From Haliotis cracherodii (Eukaryota), in the NCBI RefSeq assembly GCF_022045235.1, contig NW_027266265.1, forward strand, positions 29,140,001 through 29,204,000: DNA of 64,000 nucleotides, written 5' to 3'. Within the stretch, counting starts at the first letter, position 1. The number at the start of each line of letters is the position of its first letter. The position numbers were made by a program, and so were the translations under genes. The notes beneath the pieces were generated by a model, which searched no databases, was not told the DNA's origin, and saw only the letters and a program-made list of their open reading frames with translations. This document shows positions 26,341 through 40,800 of this stretch, in pieces.

Positions 26341-27346
26341 TTTAAATGTCTGAAAAGCCAAAATGGCCCTTTTTCTCGATCTCTGCATACCAAATATGTA
26401 TGTAAAATAAACGTCAGATAGAAATATGTAATGACAAGAGAAGTGACACAGACAAATGTGATATGAATCCAACAGGTATGCAACAGACCATATTTTGTGA
26501 GACAACGACACGAGCACTGGAAAACAACATGCAGGTAGATCCCTGTCAGCCAACTCCGCAACAGGCACCAGACCCCCGCGACCCCTGCCCATACCATCCC
26601 GGGGAAACCGAAAATCCACCCAAACACAGCCCTGAATCGCCCATGTCAGTTCGGGGTCGACCACGACGTGACGCCATTGTTTGTGCTACAGTGTATCCGA
26701 TGTCATGGACCTTAACAGGGCAATGTACCTAATTGTTGTGCCTCAATGACGTATTCAATAAATCTCAATCGACATACAATTTACCATGTGTTGTCAGTTA
26801 ACGTTAGTTTTATCTGTCCACACTTTCTTTTTTCTGTGGTTTCCATCTATTACGTATTCAAGTAATAATACCTATTCCGTCAGTATTTTCAGAGTGAACA
26901 GAGCCCATATTCATGATCAGCAGTATATTAATTACATGTATCTATGCCTATCAGTGATTTGATTTGAGGATGGTATATAATTCCAGTGTATACACTGCAC
27001 ACCATGACATGAAGCGAGTTATGCTGTCAAAATAACATTTCAGTGACAATTCCTTGTATCTCAGGTAAACCTACAGCATTTGGATTTATCCATCATTAAG
27101 ACTATAAAACAGAGAATTGCTTCAATGTGATTTACTCAGGTAATACAGAGAAAAGTATATGTGGACATTCAAAGAACAAGACCTTTTTTAACATGAAGAT
27201 TATACAAAAAAAACGTTAGAGATCCTAAGACTTCAGAAGAAAATAAACTTGTTTCACGAACATTTTATTTCATGAACATCAACTCTCAGTTTATTCAAGA
27301 AGACAGATATTCTCTGTCGGTCACACGTTAACATCTATATGTATCA

Positions 27347-30300
27347 TTAAACCCTAATTGAGTTTATCCACTCGACATGCTGAGGTACGAAGGCATACAC
27401 TCCTGGAAAGCCTGGTTTAGCACACCCTTCTGCCACTGATACCACGCCGTACAAAACCCATTTATCTCCTTCCGGGCAAAAAAGGGGTCCACCAGAGTCT
27501 CCCTGAAAAGAAAATTGCATGTAATAAGAGATAAGAGATAAACATGAAGTTTTGATATTTTACGGGTGTGTGCTAGCTTATCGTATGTTCAGCATGTGGG
27601 TGTGTATAATGTTTCATCATCCGAGCTCCCCACCCATCACAGTGTTATACAGGTGATGCTATTAACATGTGGATCTCCAACTTGCATACCAAGGATACTT
27701 GGATGAAAAACTCAAGCAGAAGAACAGAAGGATTATTTTTTTCATCAGATGAACCAATGAACCACCGCTTCCTGGGCGTAAGAAAGGAAGTGAATAGGTG
27801 AATAACGTACTTGAAAGTATACTTTTTAAAAATTTATCTTAAACAACAGTTGGCCAAAACAAAAATCAAACTTGTGCAAATCCGGTTTGTTGGACAGGGC
27901 TTGACATGACCAGCCAATTGGTAGGACCGGGCCCACCCTACCACCTGTATAGGTGAAGCAAGGGTTGAATTGGTGTATTGGGCACGGCTTTGGTTACCTA
28001 ATTTAGTCGTCTCTTATGACCAACAACTGGGAGCCGGAGACAAATTTTACACTGAACTCCCACGGAGTCCTCTGTTTAGTCGCCTCTTACTACCAGCAGT
28101 GGGGTGCCGGGGACACATTCTGTGTCGAGGCCCCTACGGGGGTAGTCAATTGAATGGGGATGATTTAGTCACACAATGCATACAATAATGTGCTCCCATG
28201 ACAACCAAACTGTCGTGTGAGTAGAACGCCGGATACAAGTAAATTAATCTGCCAAATGTTACTCAAACTAATTCTCCACATATGTAGTCATACAAAATTC
28301 TTTCGTCATGTCGAAAATCATGATTGTTACGGGTATGTCAGATTCCAAGGGCATGCAAGTCGTGGTCCAGAGTTGTCATTTAGGCGTTTCAGGATCCGTT
28401 GTCATGGATCTTAACCATATTCGCCAAGTACATGCATGTGATGCTTGATCTATTGTTACCCATGCAGGTGGCCTGACAACAACCTCACTATGAGTATTCC
28501 TCCGACTTTAAAGTATCATCCCTTGATACCATTGAAATACTGCTCAAATGGGCTCAAATCCAATTCACTCCCTTATTCACAACTGACCTTGCAAGCGTCT
28601 ACTCCCCCGTCTCTGTAGTACCCAGCGCACAACTGCCTGTTGGACACTAGAATGTAGTCGTTGTCTGCATATGACCTTTGACATAGGTCAAGGGGAACCA
28701 AAGGTACGTATGCCTTCTGTAGAATATCAGGAAATGTGAAACCGCCATCTGGAACATATAACGTCTAATATGACCAATATGTTAATAGAAACAGATTCCA
28801 TAGGGCGTAAAAGGTAAAATAGTGATGACAATTATATGAATGGATCACTGATAATCATTGATGACCACTGATGTTTGCGAAAAGGGTAAGCATGTCCCCC
28901 CTCTACTGGCACCACCCGCCATTCACACAATTTGATTAAGAAAGTAAGTATTTATTGTTTGTTGCCTAAACCCTCGGCAATACCCCTGCAATTGACGACA
29001 ACCTGTATACAAACGGTTCTACATGAGGCAATGCAGTGATTGATATTATGAACAATCATCAACACCTTCAAGGTACGACGGATGGACCATTGGCCGAATT
29101 TCATATCTGGGTTCGTGTTCGACTTATTAACAATTTATTAACTATTCATTCGCCAAATTATTGTAATCATATTTTAGAAGAATACTGAAAAAGGCATTGC
29201 CACCAGCATATGAGATATAAATTTAGATTATTTGTGCAATAAGTTGATAGTAATTGAACGGCCAAACAAATCAAAATCCTAAATATTAGAATATTGGTAG
29301 ATATGTTAAGTCAATGTTTTTGCAATGATCTATGGGCGTTTCTGTTTTCTTATAAGCAGCAGAATCGCTGCACTTCTAGACAAAAGACATAATTCAAACT
29401 TAACATATCGTTTATAGTTTTAACAATTTCAGTAAATGCGCTATCGGCTCACTAGATTTTCTTACATGAAAATTGTGCGAGTGGCGGGTACTACCAGTAG
29501 GGCAGGACATGCTTACCCTTTTCGCGCACACCTGGTGTCATCATTGAGTTTCAGTCATCCTTTCCTATACTTTTCACCGCTGGTTTGCCTTTTGCGTCCA
29601 ATGGAATCTGTGTCGATAGATAATCAAGACTGATTATTCTCTGGAGTTGACTGCTATATTTCCAAAATTTCAAACAGATATTTCAGCCATTGGCATATCA
29701 AGCTTGGCATCAAGGCAGAGTTTTAGAAGGCACATGGAAACTCCAATGCTCTACGAAAATGAATTGTCCCATATCAACTGAGTGGCCCAGGAAGATTAAG
29801 AGGTGTGTACATTGCCTGACGTACCTAGCTGAGTCCCCCATCCTGTGATGAGGCAACCAGAGCCTGTTGAGTAGGAAGTGCTCGGCTCAGGTAGACACAC
29901 ACTTCTTAAATTTGTAGAGGCATTCAGAGGGAGATCCTTACTGAGCCTCACAATGGCGATATCATTGTCCTCTGAAAACATAGCAAAGGTATATCTGTAT
30001 CAACAAATAATAAACAGGGGATATTTCTTGTGAAATATGATGTATCGCTTATCGAGTGACGTAAAAAAGGAGATATATTGACGAGTTGATGTATCCTGGA
30101 GTGGTAATAACTCCTTTTCCACTTCTCGAGATGAGAGATAAATCATATTTCACTAAACACATGAAATCTCGTATTTATTATATACTTCATTTGTTGTTGA
30201 CAGTGTTTCTATAAACAAATTAACCAAAACAAGTAGAACGCAAAATCTAAATTCCCCCTACTATACACATTGACCTTTTCACACATTGCTTCCCGCAAGC

Positions 30301-33300
30301 AAACAATATTGCTATGTTAAAATAATCAAAAATATTAAAAAACGCCACAAAATACTTGAATCAAGTTTTTAAAATTTACGTACTTTGGAGATTTTGTTTC
30401 GCACCTTCTGAATTAATGAACACTCATTTTCTGTTCGAGGTATTGAATCTAACATAATAATTTACATGGCGTCGAACGAAACCAAGTTGAAGATCTCTCA
30501 GCGATGCATTTAAAGCATATAGCTGTTCAACTAGGCAGAGTTTCAAACAAATAACACATAAGAAGAACTGTAAAACAGTTTCACTGTCAACACAGAAGTT
30601 TAATTGTTCCGAAGCCCGGCTGCAGTTCACTGCAGTGAACAAATGACTAGTCTGTCACTGCTGTGAATATATCACTTTACTAAACTTTAGAAATCTCAAT
30701 CTTTCACACTTAGGTGTATCATAAAGTACTCCATGCTTTGTTGTATAAATGTTCTTAAACGTCCATTACTACGGCTGTGCACATGTATATCATGCTGTAT
30801 AACCAGGATTCCCGTTATATCACGGCGTGTCACGTTAATGAAGCAGGAAAGCCCGACGGTTTTATCACTATGGTGAAACCCATGAACATGTGTATGGTGC
30901 TGACAAACCTACAGACTTAATCGGACAAACCTGGATTCGAACCCACGATTATAGGTTTCTACCACGAAATATGTGGCTCTTCAAACGACTGGCTTTTCGT
31001 GCCACAAAACAAATGAATAAGTATATTTGAGTGATTAATAAACGACAGGATCGTATTCTAATACTAATACATTAATAAATAATATATACCAAAAAATGAC
31101 TTTTTCGCAAATGTGAAGTCAGACTTACTGTTCGTTATGTTGTATAGTGGGTGTGTGTCGATTCTCTCGGCAGTTATGTTAACGAGGCTAGTTCTTTTGA
31201 TGGAACCATAACCTACAGTCAGCCTTTGAGGGTTGTCTGCAAGGGATCTAAAATACATAAAGAGAGAGAGAACAATTAATTCCAACAAGTGATTCTCTTT
31301 CCAGTTGTAATGAATGACGATACTGAAAGGTAATTGGCTTAACTGTAAAGGGAGTCATGTGAGAAAAGTGCCCGTTCTTTATAAACCGAAACTTAAGCTG
31401 GGTTTTTAATAAAATAATAGCGATCATCACGTACCCCACACAATGAGATGCAATAACAATAATAACGATCATCGCGTGCCCCACACAATGAGATGCAGTA
31501 ACAAAAAATACGATCATCACGTATCCCACACAATGAGATGCAGTAACAATAATAACTATCATCACGTACCCCACACAATGAGACGGAATAACAATAATAA
31601 CGATCATCACGTGCCCCGCACAATGAGATGTAGTAACAATGATAACGACCATCACATACCCCACACAATGAGATGCAGTAACAATAATAACGATCATCAC
31701 GTAAACACATTACGATTCAGTCACGTAAATAACGATCTCAACATACCTCACACAATGCGCGGCAGTCACAACGTGACGTCTATCAATTATGGAACCGGCG
31801 CACAATCTTAAGGTGACCGTTTCTTCCAGATAGACTGTCCAGGGGAACTCCCTCTCTTCGGCATCAATGCCTCCAACAATTCGGGGCATAGCATAGCGAG
31901 ACGCGCTGCCTGTCTTTGAACTTTCGCCACAAGGAGGATCTAGAAAAATAAATAAGTTAATAAAAAACACTAAAATAAATATATAAACATCTCTGCATGA
32001 TCACATGTCCCGTTGTGTAAATGAATCTATGTTTTGGGAATCACGAGAAAGTATCAATCGGTATCATACGAAAATGTTTTTGACGGACAGTACACATAGT
32101 GCTTGTATTATTGATAGTGTACATAAAATGCCGGGAACGTGGGTCAGACTGATTCCACTTTACCCCTTGTTACAGCCGATCAAATGAAGATAGGGCTTCG
32201 TTCGTGCTGCTGGTGTGTTATGGTATCTCGTTGATTTCAGTGACTTGTTTGTTGAGTCCAAATTAAATATGTACAGACTGACATCGTAGAGCAGTAACAG
32301 TCTGTGATGGATGCTTAATAAAACAAGGATATGAAGTCACTTGTGTGAGTTTAAAAGCATGAATCAATTTGATGTTTACATCTTCTTTAAATTTTTATGC
32401 TATTACCGTCTACTTATACACATCATTAAACACACATTTTGGCGCTCCCTGTCGTAAATGTACAGATATAATGTGAGTATACACTTATATTATGAGAATA
32501 AACAATAAAATCACATAAGTTCCATCCGATACACAGCAGATGTCTTTTTTTCTGGAAACAACTGACAGTGTCTGATGCTCCTGCATAAAGCTCATACCTA
32601 TTAAACATTTCTTATCAAAGATGTAGACCTGTATGATTGTTGTTATTGCACAACAGATCGCTTGCACAATGGGACATTTTTGCGTTGGAGTACGATTGTT
32701 CAAAGGTGCAGGTAACTAGATGGCTGTGAAGAAGATTCATTTTTTTTTATTCAAACGTGAAACAGATTTGAATAGCAAAATATGAATAGTCTTTTATTAC
32801 ATAATACAACATTTGATGGACTTGCTTAACTATGTCGTAAAGATAATTTGATCCAATGTTACCATTTTTACGTCTGATGAGATCCTCTGTACACTTGTAA
32901 TAATAGAACAGGAAGACGCATACGGGGGACATGGTAAAGCATCTCTGGAACTGACTGCACATAAGAGCTTGTTGTTCCTGGGCAGCTGGAAATAAGAAAA
33001 ATTTCGAAAATACGACATCGAATGCACACAAAATGCATGTCGTTTCAATAAATCACTTCCACTGCAATTGTACATGCACTATGTGTTTAGCAACGAAGAC
33101 ATTATCACAGTATGGGTTATCCTAGTGGTTAAAGCATTTGTTCGTCAGGACGGTTGCCAGGTTGCGAATCTGTACACGAATACATCATGTAATGCTCATT
33201 TGTAGTGATTTTAAGGTGGAGGGAATGAGTGAATGAGTGAGTGAATGTGGTTTTTAGCAATATTCCAGCAATATCACGGCGGGGGACACCAGAAATGGGC

Positions 33301-35265
33301 TTCACACATTGCACCCATGTCGGGAATCGAACCCGGGTCTTCGGCGTAACGAGCGAACGCTTTCACCACCAGGCTACCCGATCGCACCGATTTACTACAC
33401 AATATACACAATATACATACATGTATAATTATGCATTACATGTGAGTGTTTATAGTATTGATTAAGTAAAACCTACCAGAATTTGAATGACAATATGGAT
33501 AGATAAAAGAATGTCTTCATTTATTTCAGATGGTAGACCTTAACATCCGTGAAGTACTGTAGCAATAGCATATCATCTAATGTAACTATATATTGATTCT
33601 AATTTGACCAGTACTGTAAGGCCACAGGCCCATAATGCATTTCGATCGGCCTGTTTTTGGCGTTTCCGAGCATGCTGCTATATTGCAGTTATTGCAATCT
33701 TTTTCAGAGGTTCAGCAATAATGTTCGCAGTCATACAGTATTACATTAATAATACCGAAGATCAATAGAATAATAGTTAGAGAAGTAATGATGAATTTCT
33801 TCAAAATACACAAGTAGCAGCCAGGACAAAGTAGCATATTTGTTTTTTTACACGCCATAGTCTAATAAACGTTTCCGGGGAATGTTTCGATGTGAATGGT
33901 GATGTAAGATCGAAAAGCACACTTTACAGACCATTATGTATATTATTGCATACAAGCAGTTTGTACAAACATTTTCAGAAGTTCATGTTCGCAGAAATAC
34001 ATTATTGTATTATTAATACAGGGGTCAGTAGAATGACAGTTGCAAAAGTAATTATGAATTTCTTATTTTTGAGCCTTACATAAGCAGGGCCCATGGCAGT
34101 GTGTATTTGCAAGCCACAATTTACTAACTATGAAACGTAGTTTGTCAACATGATGGGCGGTGCTAGCCCATATATCACCTTCACGTGAAGTCTACTCCCT
34201 GGCACTGACTTGAGCGGTGGGTGTTACCGGTAGAGCAGAACCCGTTCCCCCTTTTTGCGAATACATGTTGTATTCACTATTTTTCAGTCATCCATTCATA
34301 TAATTTTCATCCCTATTTTGCCTTATCCGCCCCATGGAATATTTCGGCAGATTTCGAGACTAATTATGCGCTAGCTGTAACATTTTGGATATGTAGGAGT
34401 ATTGCAAACGTCGGCTGACTCAAACCATGTTGAATCATATCATTCAAATATTTGTGAACATACAACCGAATGCATATGTCACCGTTCTTTCTTTTTTAGA
34501 ATGTTACTGTCCAATGCTACTTAATGTAACTACAATGCAATTGTAATATCATCGTTAATCGATGGTAATGTACCTTTGGTTGATCAAATACACACTGTCG
34601 ATTTAATTTATTTTCCCAGTTAGAAATGATATACTAGTACAGGAATTACTTTTAGATGAGTCAATTTCGGCTTCGCAACGATATTTAGACTATTACGCGT
34701 TGTTTCATTTAAAGCGTTGAAAACTCCCACAAAGATTCAATACTAATGCTATTATAGCTATCACACGTGCCTTTATATATACCTATAACTCACTTCATTA
34801 ATACAGTACATATTCTAGGAATACGTATCACGTCAGGTAACAAGTACGCATACACTCACAGAAGTTGTTAAATATCCGAATATTTGTATCCGACGATGAT
34901 TATCTCTACAAACCATTGAGTGTCAGTGTATGAAAAATGTTACAAATCAACATCAAACAATTACCAAACAAAAGTGGCATACGCCATATCCATAATCCAA
35001 GTTACTATTGGCTACTGGTAATATTAACTGCACCAAACATCGCCAGTGTCAAAAGGTGATGTAATGTCAATGACCTTAGGAATTAGAAAAAATAACTTGG
35101 AATTCATGTATACGTGAAACAGAGGTGATGGACCTTATAGAGACCTTTTACATAATTATATAGACATGTGTATAAAAAACTTAAAGCATACTCACCTATT
35201 TGTGTAGAAAAACATACTAATACCAACAAAAGGAGTAGCTGTCCTTGTCGCACGCCAGCTGCCAT
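27347..35265 (-). CDS. SP2: secreted trypsin-like S1A serine protease with 4-Cys N-terminal module (about 322 aa, 7 exons)
   Basis: Exons 35265-35196 ([23 protein letters not shown]), 32985-32863 (Cys module), 31939-31747 (CG..PR|IVGG..TAAHC), 31247-31129, 29971-29825 (NDIAIV..GWG), 28748-28588 (GVDACK), 27502-27347 ([16 protein letters not shown]). Phases consistent, total 969 nt. Minus-strand AATAAA at about 27264. Confidence 0.92.
30007..30183. repeat. Imperfect palindromic element in an SP2 intron
   Basis: AATAATAAAC..GTGAAATATGAT ... ATCATATTTCAC..GTATTTATTAT. Confidence 0.5.
31415..31746 (-). repeat. 45-bp intronic minisatellite derived from the SP2 His57 exon/intron junction
   Basis: Six full units plus one degenerate unit of (minus strand) TTATTATTGTTACTGCATCTCATTGTGTGGGGTACGTGATGATCG. 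Confidence 0.9.
33225..33388 (-). mobile_element. tRNA-derived SINE family B
   Basis: Reverse complement is nearly identical to 58294-58465. Confidence 0.88.
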
Positions 35266-36884
35266 CTTGATTTAGTTTGATGAAAGATGTTTCACGATGT
35301 AAAAACACCTGTCTCTACACCAAATGATGAGACACTCTTCACAACAAAATCTCTTTATGTGTTTAAGATCTCGGAAAAGATCTAATTATAGAGAACGTCA
35401 GCGGAATACGGATGTACCGGCCCATGTGATGGTCTTATCCAGCGCCTTTAATACTGAGATGACGTTTAAGAATCAACGATGGCACGTTTCTTTGATGTGT
35501 CATTTCCAATCAGAATAAAAACCCACACCTGATTGACAGATGTTGATTGTTATCTTAAACAGATCTGGTAACAAGCTAGTGTATCAATTATAATTGTGTT
35601 CAATATAAAATGGTTCTATACAATACATTGCGATTTAGGTACAGTGAGATGGCTCTTTTGTGAGTTTATTCTTGCAGTAGTGAAGGATATGTACGGATCT
35701 CTATTGAAGTGTTGACAGAGAAGTCCACAGCGGCACACCCTCCTTACAATTAGACGGCAGTGCTCCAGTTGAGTGTTCTTGTTCTGTATCAGTATTTGGG
35801 GTGAGACCTAAATTGACAGGTCTGTCATTATATAATACTTTGAAAAACATTTTTTCATCCTGGGGATGAGATTTGTACTCTCATACAATATTTGTATGTT
35901 TGTATGTTTGTGAGCTTACTTAAACTATTTGATCATCAGTGAAAAGTGTATGACATGGATATCAATAACAATAGTCACACTTTTTGGCTCCAAACTATAT
36001 CCCTGTAGACGGTTGAATGAAGTTCACTTACCTGTCTCTAATACGGATAGTTTATAATTCTTAAGGTTTTAATCTTTCTTAAAGAAACAAAACAGGTTGA
36101 CAGGTGGCATTCTATATACCTTAACAACCACAGGGTGGCATACATTCTTTATTGCTATGGATTCCTCTATGCTGTCACTTTCCGGGTCCACATACGTTTG
36201 TGTGTACAACGTATCATTAATTGTACTTATTAATTTCTTAAATATATCATTAAATTTAATTTATTAGTGATTGGCAATTTCAGCAAATAAACACACACAG
36301 GTGCTCATTCAAATGATCTCTACATTTTAAGCCTCATGAATATTATTGGCTCAACATACATCACGAATACCTCAAGGAAAATATAACATGTAATATGTCA
36401 TTGAACATGCTTTTCAAGTTGATTGACATGGCGGTTCATGGGTAAATGTGGACGATTTACCCAATTCGTATTTTAGCAAATGCTTTTCGTAAGTTTTGTA
36501 TTTATAAATCGTTTCCTTCAAACATTTGAAAGAGTTTTGTTTGTAAAACAGGTTTTTAATTCGTCTGTAATGAACATGTATACACAGCTGTCTTTTGACC
36601 CCTATTCTGTCTCGCGTTGAAGGTTTCAACGCGATTAAAAACTTATACATAATTGCAAACTACCGTAACGGTACATGTCTACCTTGATCAAATGTTTAAA
36701 CTAGCTTGGACAAAGGCAGAACTACAGGGGAAGCATCCATGTTTTATGAGCAGCCCAGATTGAAGACGAATGTACGCCAACCAAATACAGGAAGGGGTGA
36801 AGCAGGTGCAGTGGTACATTACACCGCATCGCATCGCCTTGCAATGGAGTGGTTCATAATACGGCTGTGGTTGTTGGTATTGTT

Positions 36885-37097
36885 TGTTTGTTGGTGTTGG
36901 TGTGGGTGTGGGAGCGGGTGCGGGTGCGGGTGCGGGTGCGGGTGCGGGTGCGGGTGTGGGAGCGGGTGTCGGGTGTGGGTGCGGTTGCGGGTGCGGGTGC
37001 GGGTGCGGGTGCGGGTGCGGGTGCGGGTGTTGGTGTTGGTGTTGGTGCGGGTGCGGGTGCGGGTGCGGGTGCGGGTGTGGGTGTGGGTGTGGGTGTG

Positions 37098-37132
<35 letters not shown>

Positions 37133-37150
37133 AGTTGTGGGTGTTGGTGC
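36885..37150. repeat. Hexamer microsatellite (GGGTGC/GGGTGT/GGTGTC)n
   Basis: Seen directly. Confidence 0.95.
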
Positions 37151-37672
37151 TGCTATGTTGGTATTATAGATTATAATCCTTGGTTCGTGGTGTACAAAAT
37201 GTGTTAGTTGGTCTTTCCTTCCACATTATACAGCACCGTGAATAAATTAAAAATACTTTTGAAAACGACGCTACATCGTTTGCATAAAAGAAGAAACTCC
37301 ACGGTCTGATTGCCATTTCCAAGCTAGATCGGTTAATTAGGATTTATATGAAGATAAGACACAACACGTATTTTAGAGAGCTGGGAATCAAATAAGCTTG
37401 GCCTGCCTATTGTTCAAAGAACCCCAAGTGTCCTCTCTTGGATGTTGGTGGTGGAACTAGTTTAATTTGTGTAATCTCAATTAGTTATCACATCCAAAAG
37501 GCCTGTACTTGTGTGTCATCATTGTCGACTTCCAACTAATAATTTGTACCTCTTAACCTTTTTCTGAACGTTAATTATTATATATTCAAGCGATGTTAGG
37601 TATAATAAGGTATAAGGTATGAGGTATGTTATTCGGAATCGATATTGGCAAAATATTTTCTTGTTCCCTTAT

Positions 37673-37764
37673 CACTCACTCACTCACTCACTCACTCACT
37701 CACTCACTCACTCACTCACCCACACACTCACTCACTCACTCACTCACTCACTCACTCACTCACT
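37673..37764. repeat. (ACTC)n microsatellite
   Basis: Seen directly. Confidence 0.95.
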
Positions 37765-37865
37765 CTGTAGTGATTATGTGTAATCCATGAAAAACAAAAC
37801 CGACGTTATTTTATGAGAAAGGTGACAACATATTTATTGACCAAAGCAAATGTCCTCGTATTATT

Positions 37866-40800
37866 CTATAAGACTATATGTGAGTTGATCCACTCTATAT
37901 GCTGAGGGACATATGAGTATATTCCAGGGTACAGCGCAAGAGCACACCCCTTGCCGGCCGAAACTATTCCGTATTGCACCCATCTGTCGCCATCGGCGCA
38001 GAACAGGGGTCCACCAGAGTCTCCCTATATAACATATGAAGATTCAAAATAAAACAACATTGCTAGAATTGTCTAAATATCCTTAAACTTACGTCGCTTA
38101 AATTGGCTCATCTTAAAACTAATTTCTTATACTAGTGTATAGTTTCTAATTGATAAATAAAATATACTTTTATCTGTTTTTGATCAACCAAAGTTTGAAT
38201 TATATTTACATTACATGCATCCTTTCCTCCAACGGTGTAGTATCCGGCACAAATTTGTCTCTCTGACAGGAGTACGGGTTCCTCTGAATAGGCGTCTCGA
38301 CAAATATTTAGTGGTATCAGAGGAACAGATACTTTCTGAAGAGCATCAGCGAGAGGGGGTCCTTGTTCTGTGAATTAAAGATGGGCTCTAAATACCTAAA
38401 CTGATCGTAATGAAGACCTTAGAAAATGCTGACGATGTTATAACATACCACTCAAAAGACGACTTCAACGAAAGTGGACAACACTTGGGTGATTTGCACT
38501 CCCAGTTTTTAGTTGTACCCAAGTCGTTTTATTACAACCACCTATTCCTATTTTGTCCTGGGTCTAGAATTGTATCACATGATTCAACTATTAAAACAAC
38601 TGCCACAATCGATACTACTATGCAATAGAAGATAAAGAACCTTCGAAATTTTCTCGTTAATCTGTTATGGATGGTGGGTATTGTGAAACACAGCCTTCCA
38701 ATTCTGGGTGTTCTTTAACTTATTACAAGTAGCATATATCCCCAGAGTACCAGTATGTCCATAACAATGAAGGAAACCAAAAATCAGACTACGAAGGGTT
38801 GTATTTGTTTAATTTTGAAAAACACACACGTGAGGTACTATATTTTGAGACCATGCTGACAGAATTAATAAGCGTTTTAAGTTAATGATCGTAAACGTTG
38901 GAGTATAAAGAAAAACCTTTCACTACGTACGAACATCTAGTGTTGTCATGATAACAACATGTTAAGTGCGATTACCTTCAGTGAATCCCCACCCTGTGAC
39001 TATACACTGTGTCCCAGCTTCATATGTAGCATCTGCATCAGGGAGACATATACTTCTTAGGTTGGTGCTGGCGTTCAACGGGAGAGGCTCACTCACGGTC
39101 ACAACAGCAACGTCATTGTCATCTAAAAACACCAACAGTATGACTTCATTGGTTCTTTGTCATGTCCAGAAATGTTCCGAAATTTCTCATCTCTACTTTC
39201 TGCTATGCACTGGTGTGACTTGATGAATGTTGTTGCCACGGTGTATGTCTACATGTGACTACATTCACTCTTTGGTGTTCTTTGCGCAACACAAACCCTT
39301 ATATGTATCGGTCGTACATCACACACACTACATATGTAAGATAAGATGGGAATTATACATAACTCTAATATTGGCAAATACAGTATCAGAACATACATAT
39401 GTGCTCTAGTGGTAGGTTGTTTTTTCAGAATTATAACCTTTGAACGTTGAAATTTGGTCGCAGAATGAGAAGGAATAATCTTTGAATCTTTTTTGTATAA
39501 ATGTGCCTAACTATTGGTTTTCATGTTAGTAAATGCTTTAAAAAATGTTGAGCCAATCAGAGTAATTATTTGTTACTAATTTCCTGGTTTACGAATTGTG
39601 TTGTGAAAAGTACTGCTTGGAAGATGGAAAGAAATAAAAAAAAAATACTTTCCAAATTGTGTATTTTGTATGTTGCCGTGTGTCAGTGTCAGTTACGATT
39701 GTCTTGTCTTCTTGTCGACGATCCGTTTCTATTGTATGCACATTTTGTGTAGTGTTGTTGTGTACACATAACTTGTTGTTGTGTACACATAACTTGTTGT
39801 TGTGTACACATAACTTGTTGTTGTGTACACATAACCTCTTGTTGTGTACACATAACTTCTTGTTGTGTACACATAACTTCTTGTTGTGCACACATAACTT
39901 GCACGTTAAACGAAAAAAAGGTCCCTTGAGATCATTTTTTGTAACACGTAGCATTTTATACGGACGGTGGAATACATGAACCAAATGGTTGGGAAATGTT
40001 TTGTCTGAACGTGCACGTTCACCAGTCTATCTTTACACACTCACAATTTGAGGCGTTATAAGCTGGATGCACTGCAATTTCCTTGGCTTCCACATATGTG
40101 AGAGATGATTTGTTTGTGGAACCGTAGCCTACGCTTAAAGCCCCTGGACGTTGTATTACATCACTGTAAAAGAAGAAAATAACGTTTTTCATATTTATTT
40201 ATTTTGTGTTGAATATCACAAATGACTATATCATGATTCTATAACTAAGCACAATAAACAGTGATATTTATACTAACTACACAAAACTAAACAGTAATCA
40301 AATAAACAATGAGTGACAATTTGATCACAATGTGTTAAAGAATTTCTTACTAGCATAAATTGATGCAGTGTATTTGGTCGTATAGTAATGTTGTGTGAAC
40401 TCTTCTTTGAGTTGGTTAAATGGAGGCGGTTTAATAAAAATAAATTCTCCATAAATCATGTATTTTGATACAATGATTAGTGTATTATGTGTGAGCATGA
40501 CTTTTATTTCGCTTTTAGCAATATTCCAGCAATATCGCTCGTACCTTTTCTGGGATTCGAAACAGGGCCTACTGTGTGACGAGCGAACACTTTAACCAGT
40601 AGGCTACGCCAAGCATCCTCACATTCACATGAACTTAATATGTCATGCTGTCTTTAGCCTCATATCTTCTTTATTTATTAGTTAATTGACGTCAACGTTT
40701 ATTTCTTTTTGAGAGTTCTGTTAAACGAGACAATATTCGATGAAAGGGGGGTGGGGGGTGGGGGGGTTGGGGGGGGGGGGGTGTCGATGTTAAAGCGACG

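Noticed and set aside
31248-31811. ORFs of 105-150 aa with repeated TASHCV or Cys/His motifs
   Set aside because: Products of the intronic 45-bp minisatellite; an in-frame stop separates them from the SP2 exon
34860-34905. Extra SP2 exon with AG/GT boundaries
   Set aside because: In-frame stop or phase mismatch; exon 1 splices cleanly to 32985
36706-37207. Poly-GAGAGV (fibroin-like), poly-CG and poly-RV ORFs
   Set aside because: Translations of a hexamer microsatellite open in all frames
39589-39984. LCVHNKK / LLCTHN repeat ORFs
   Set aside because: 21-bp intronic minisatellite
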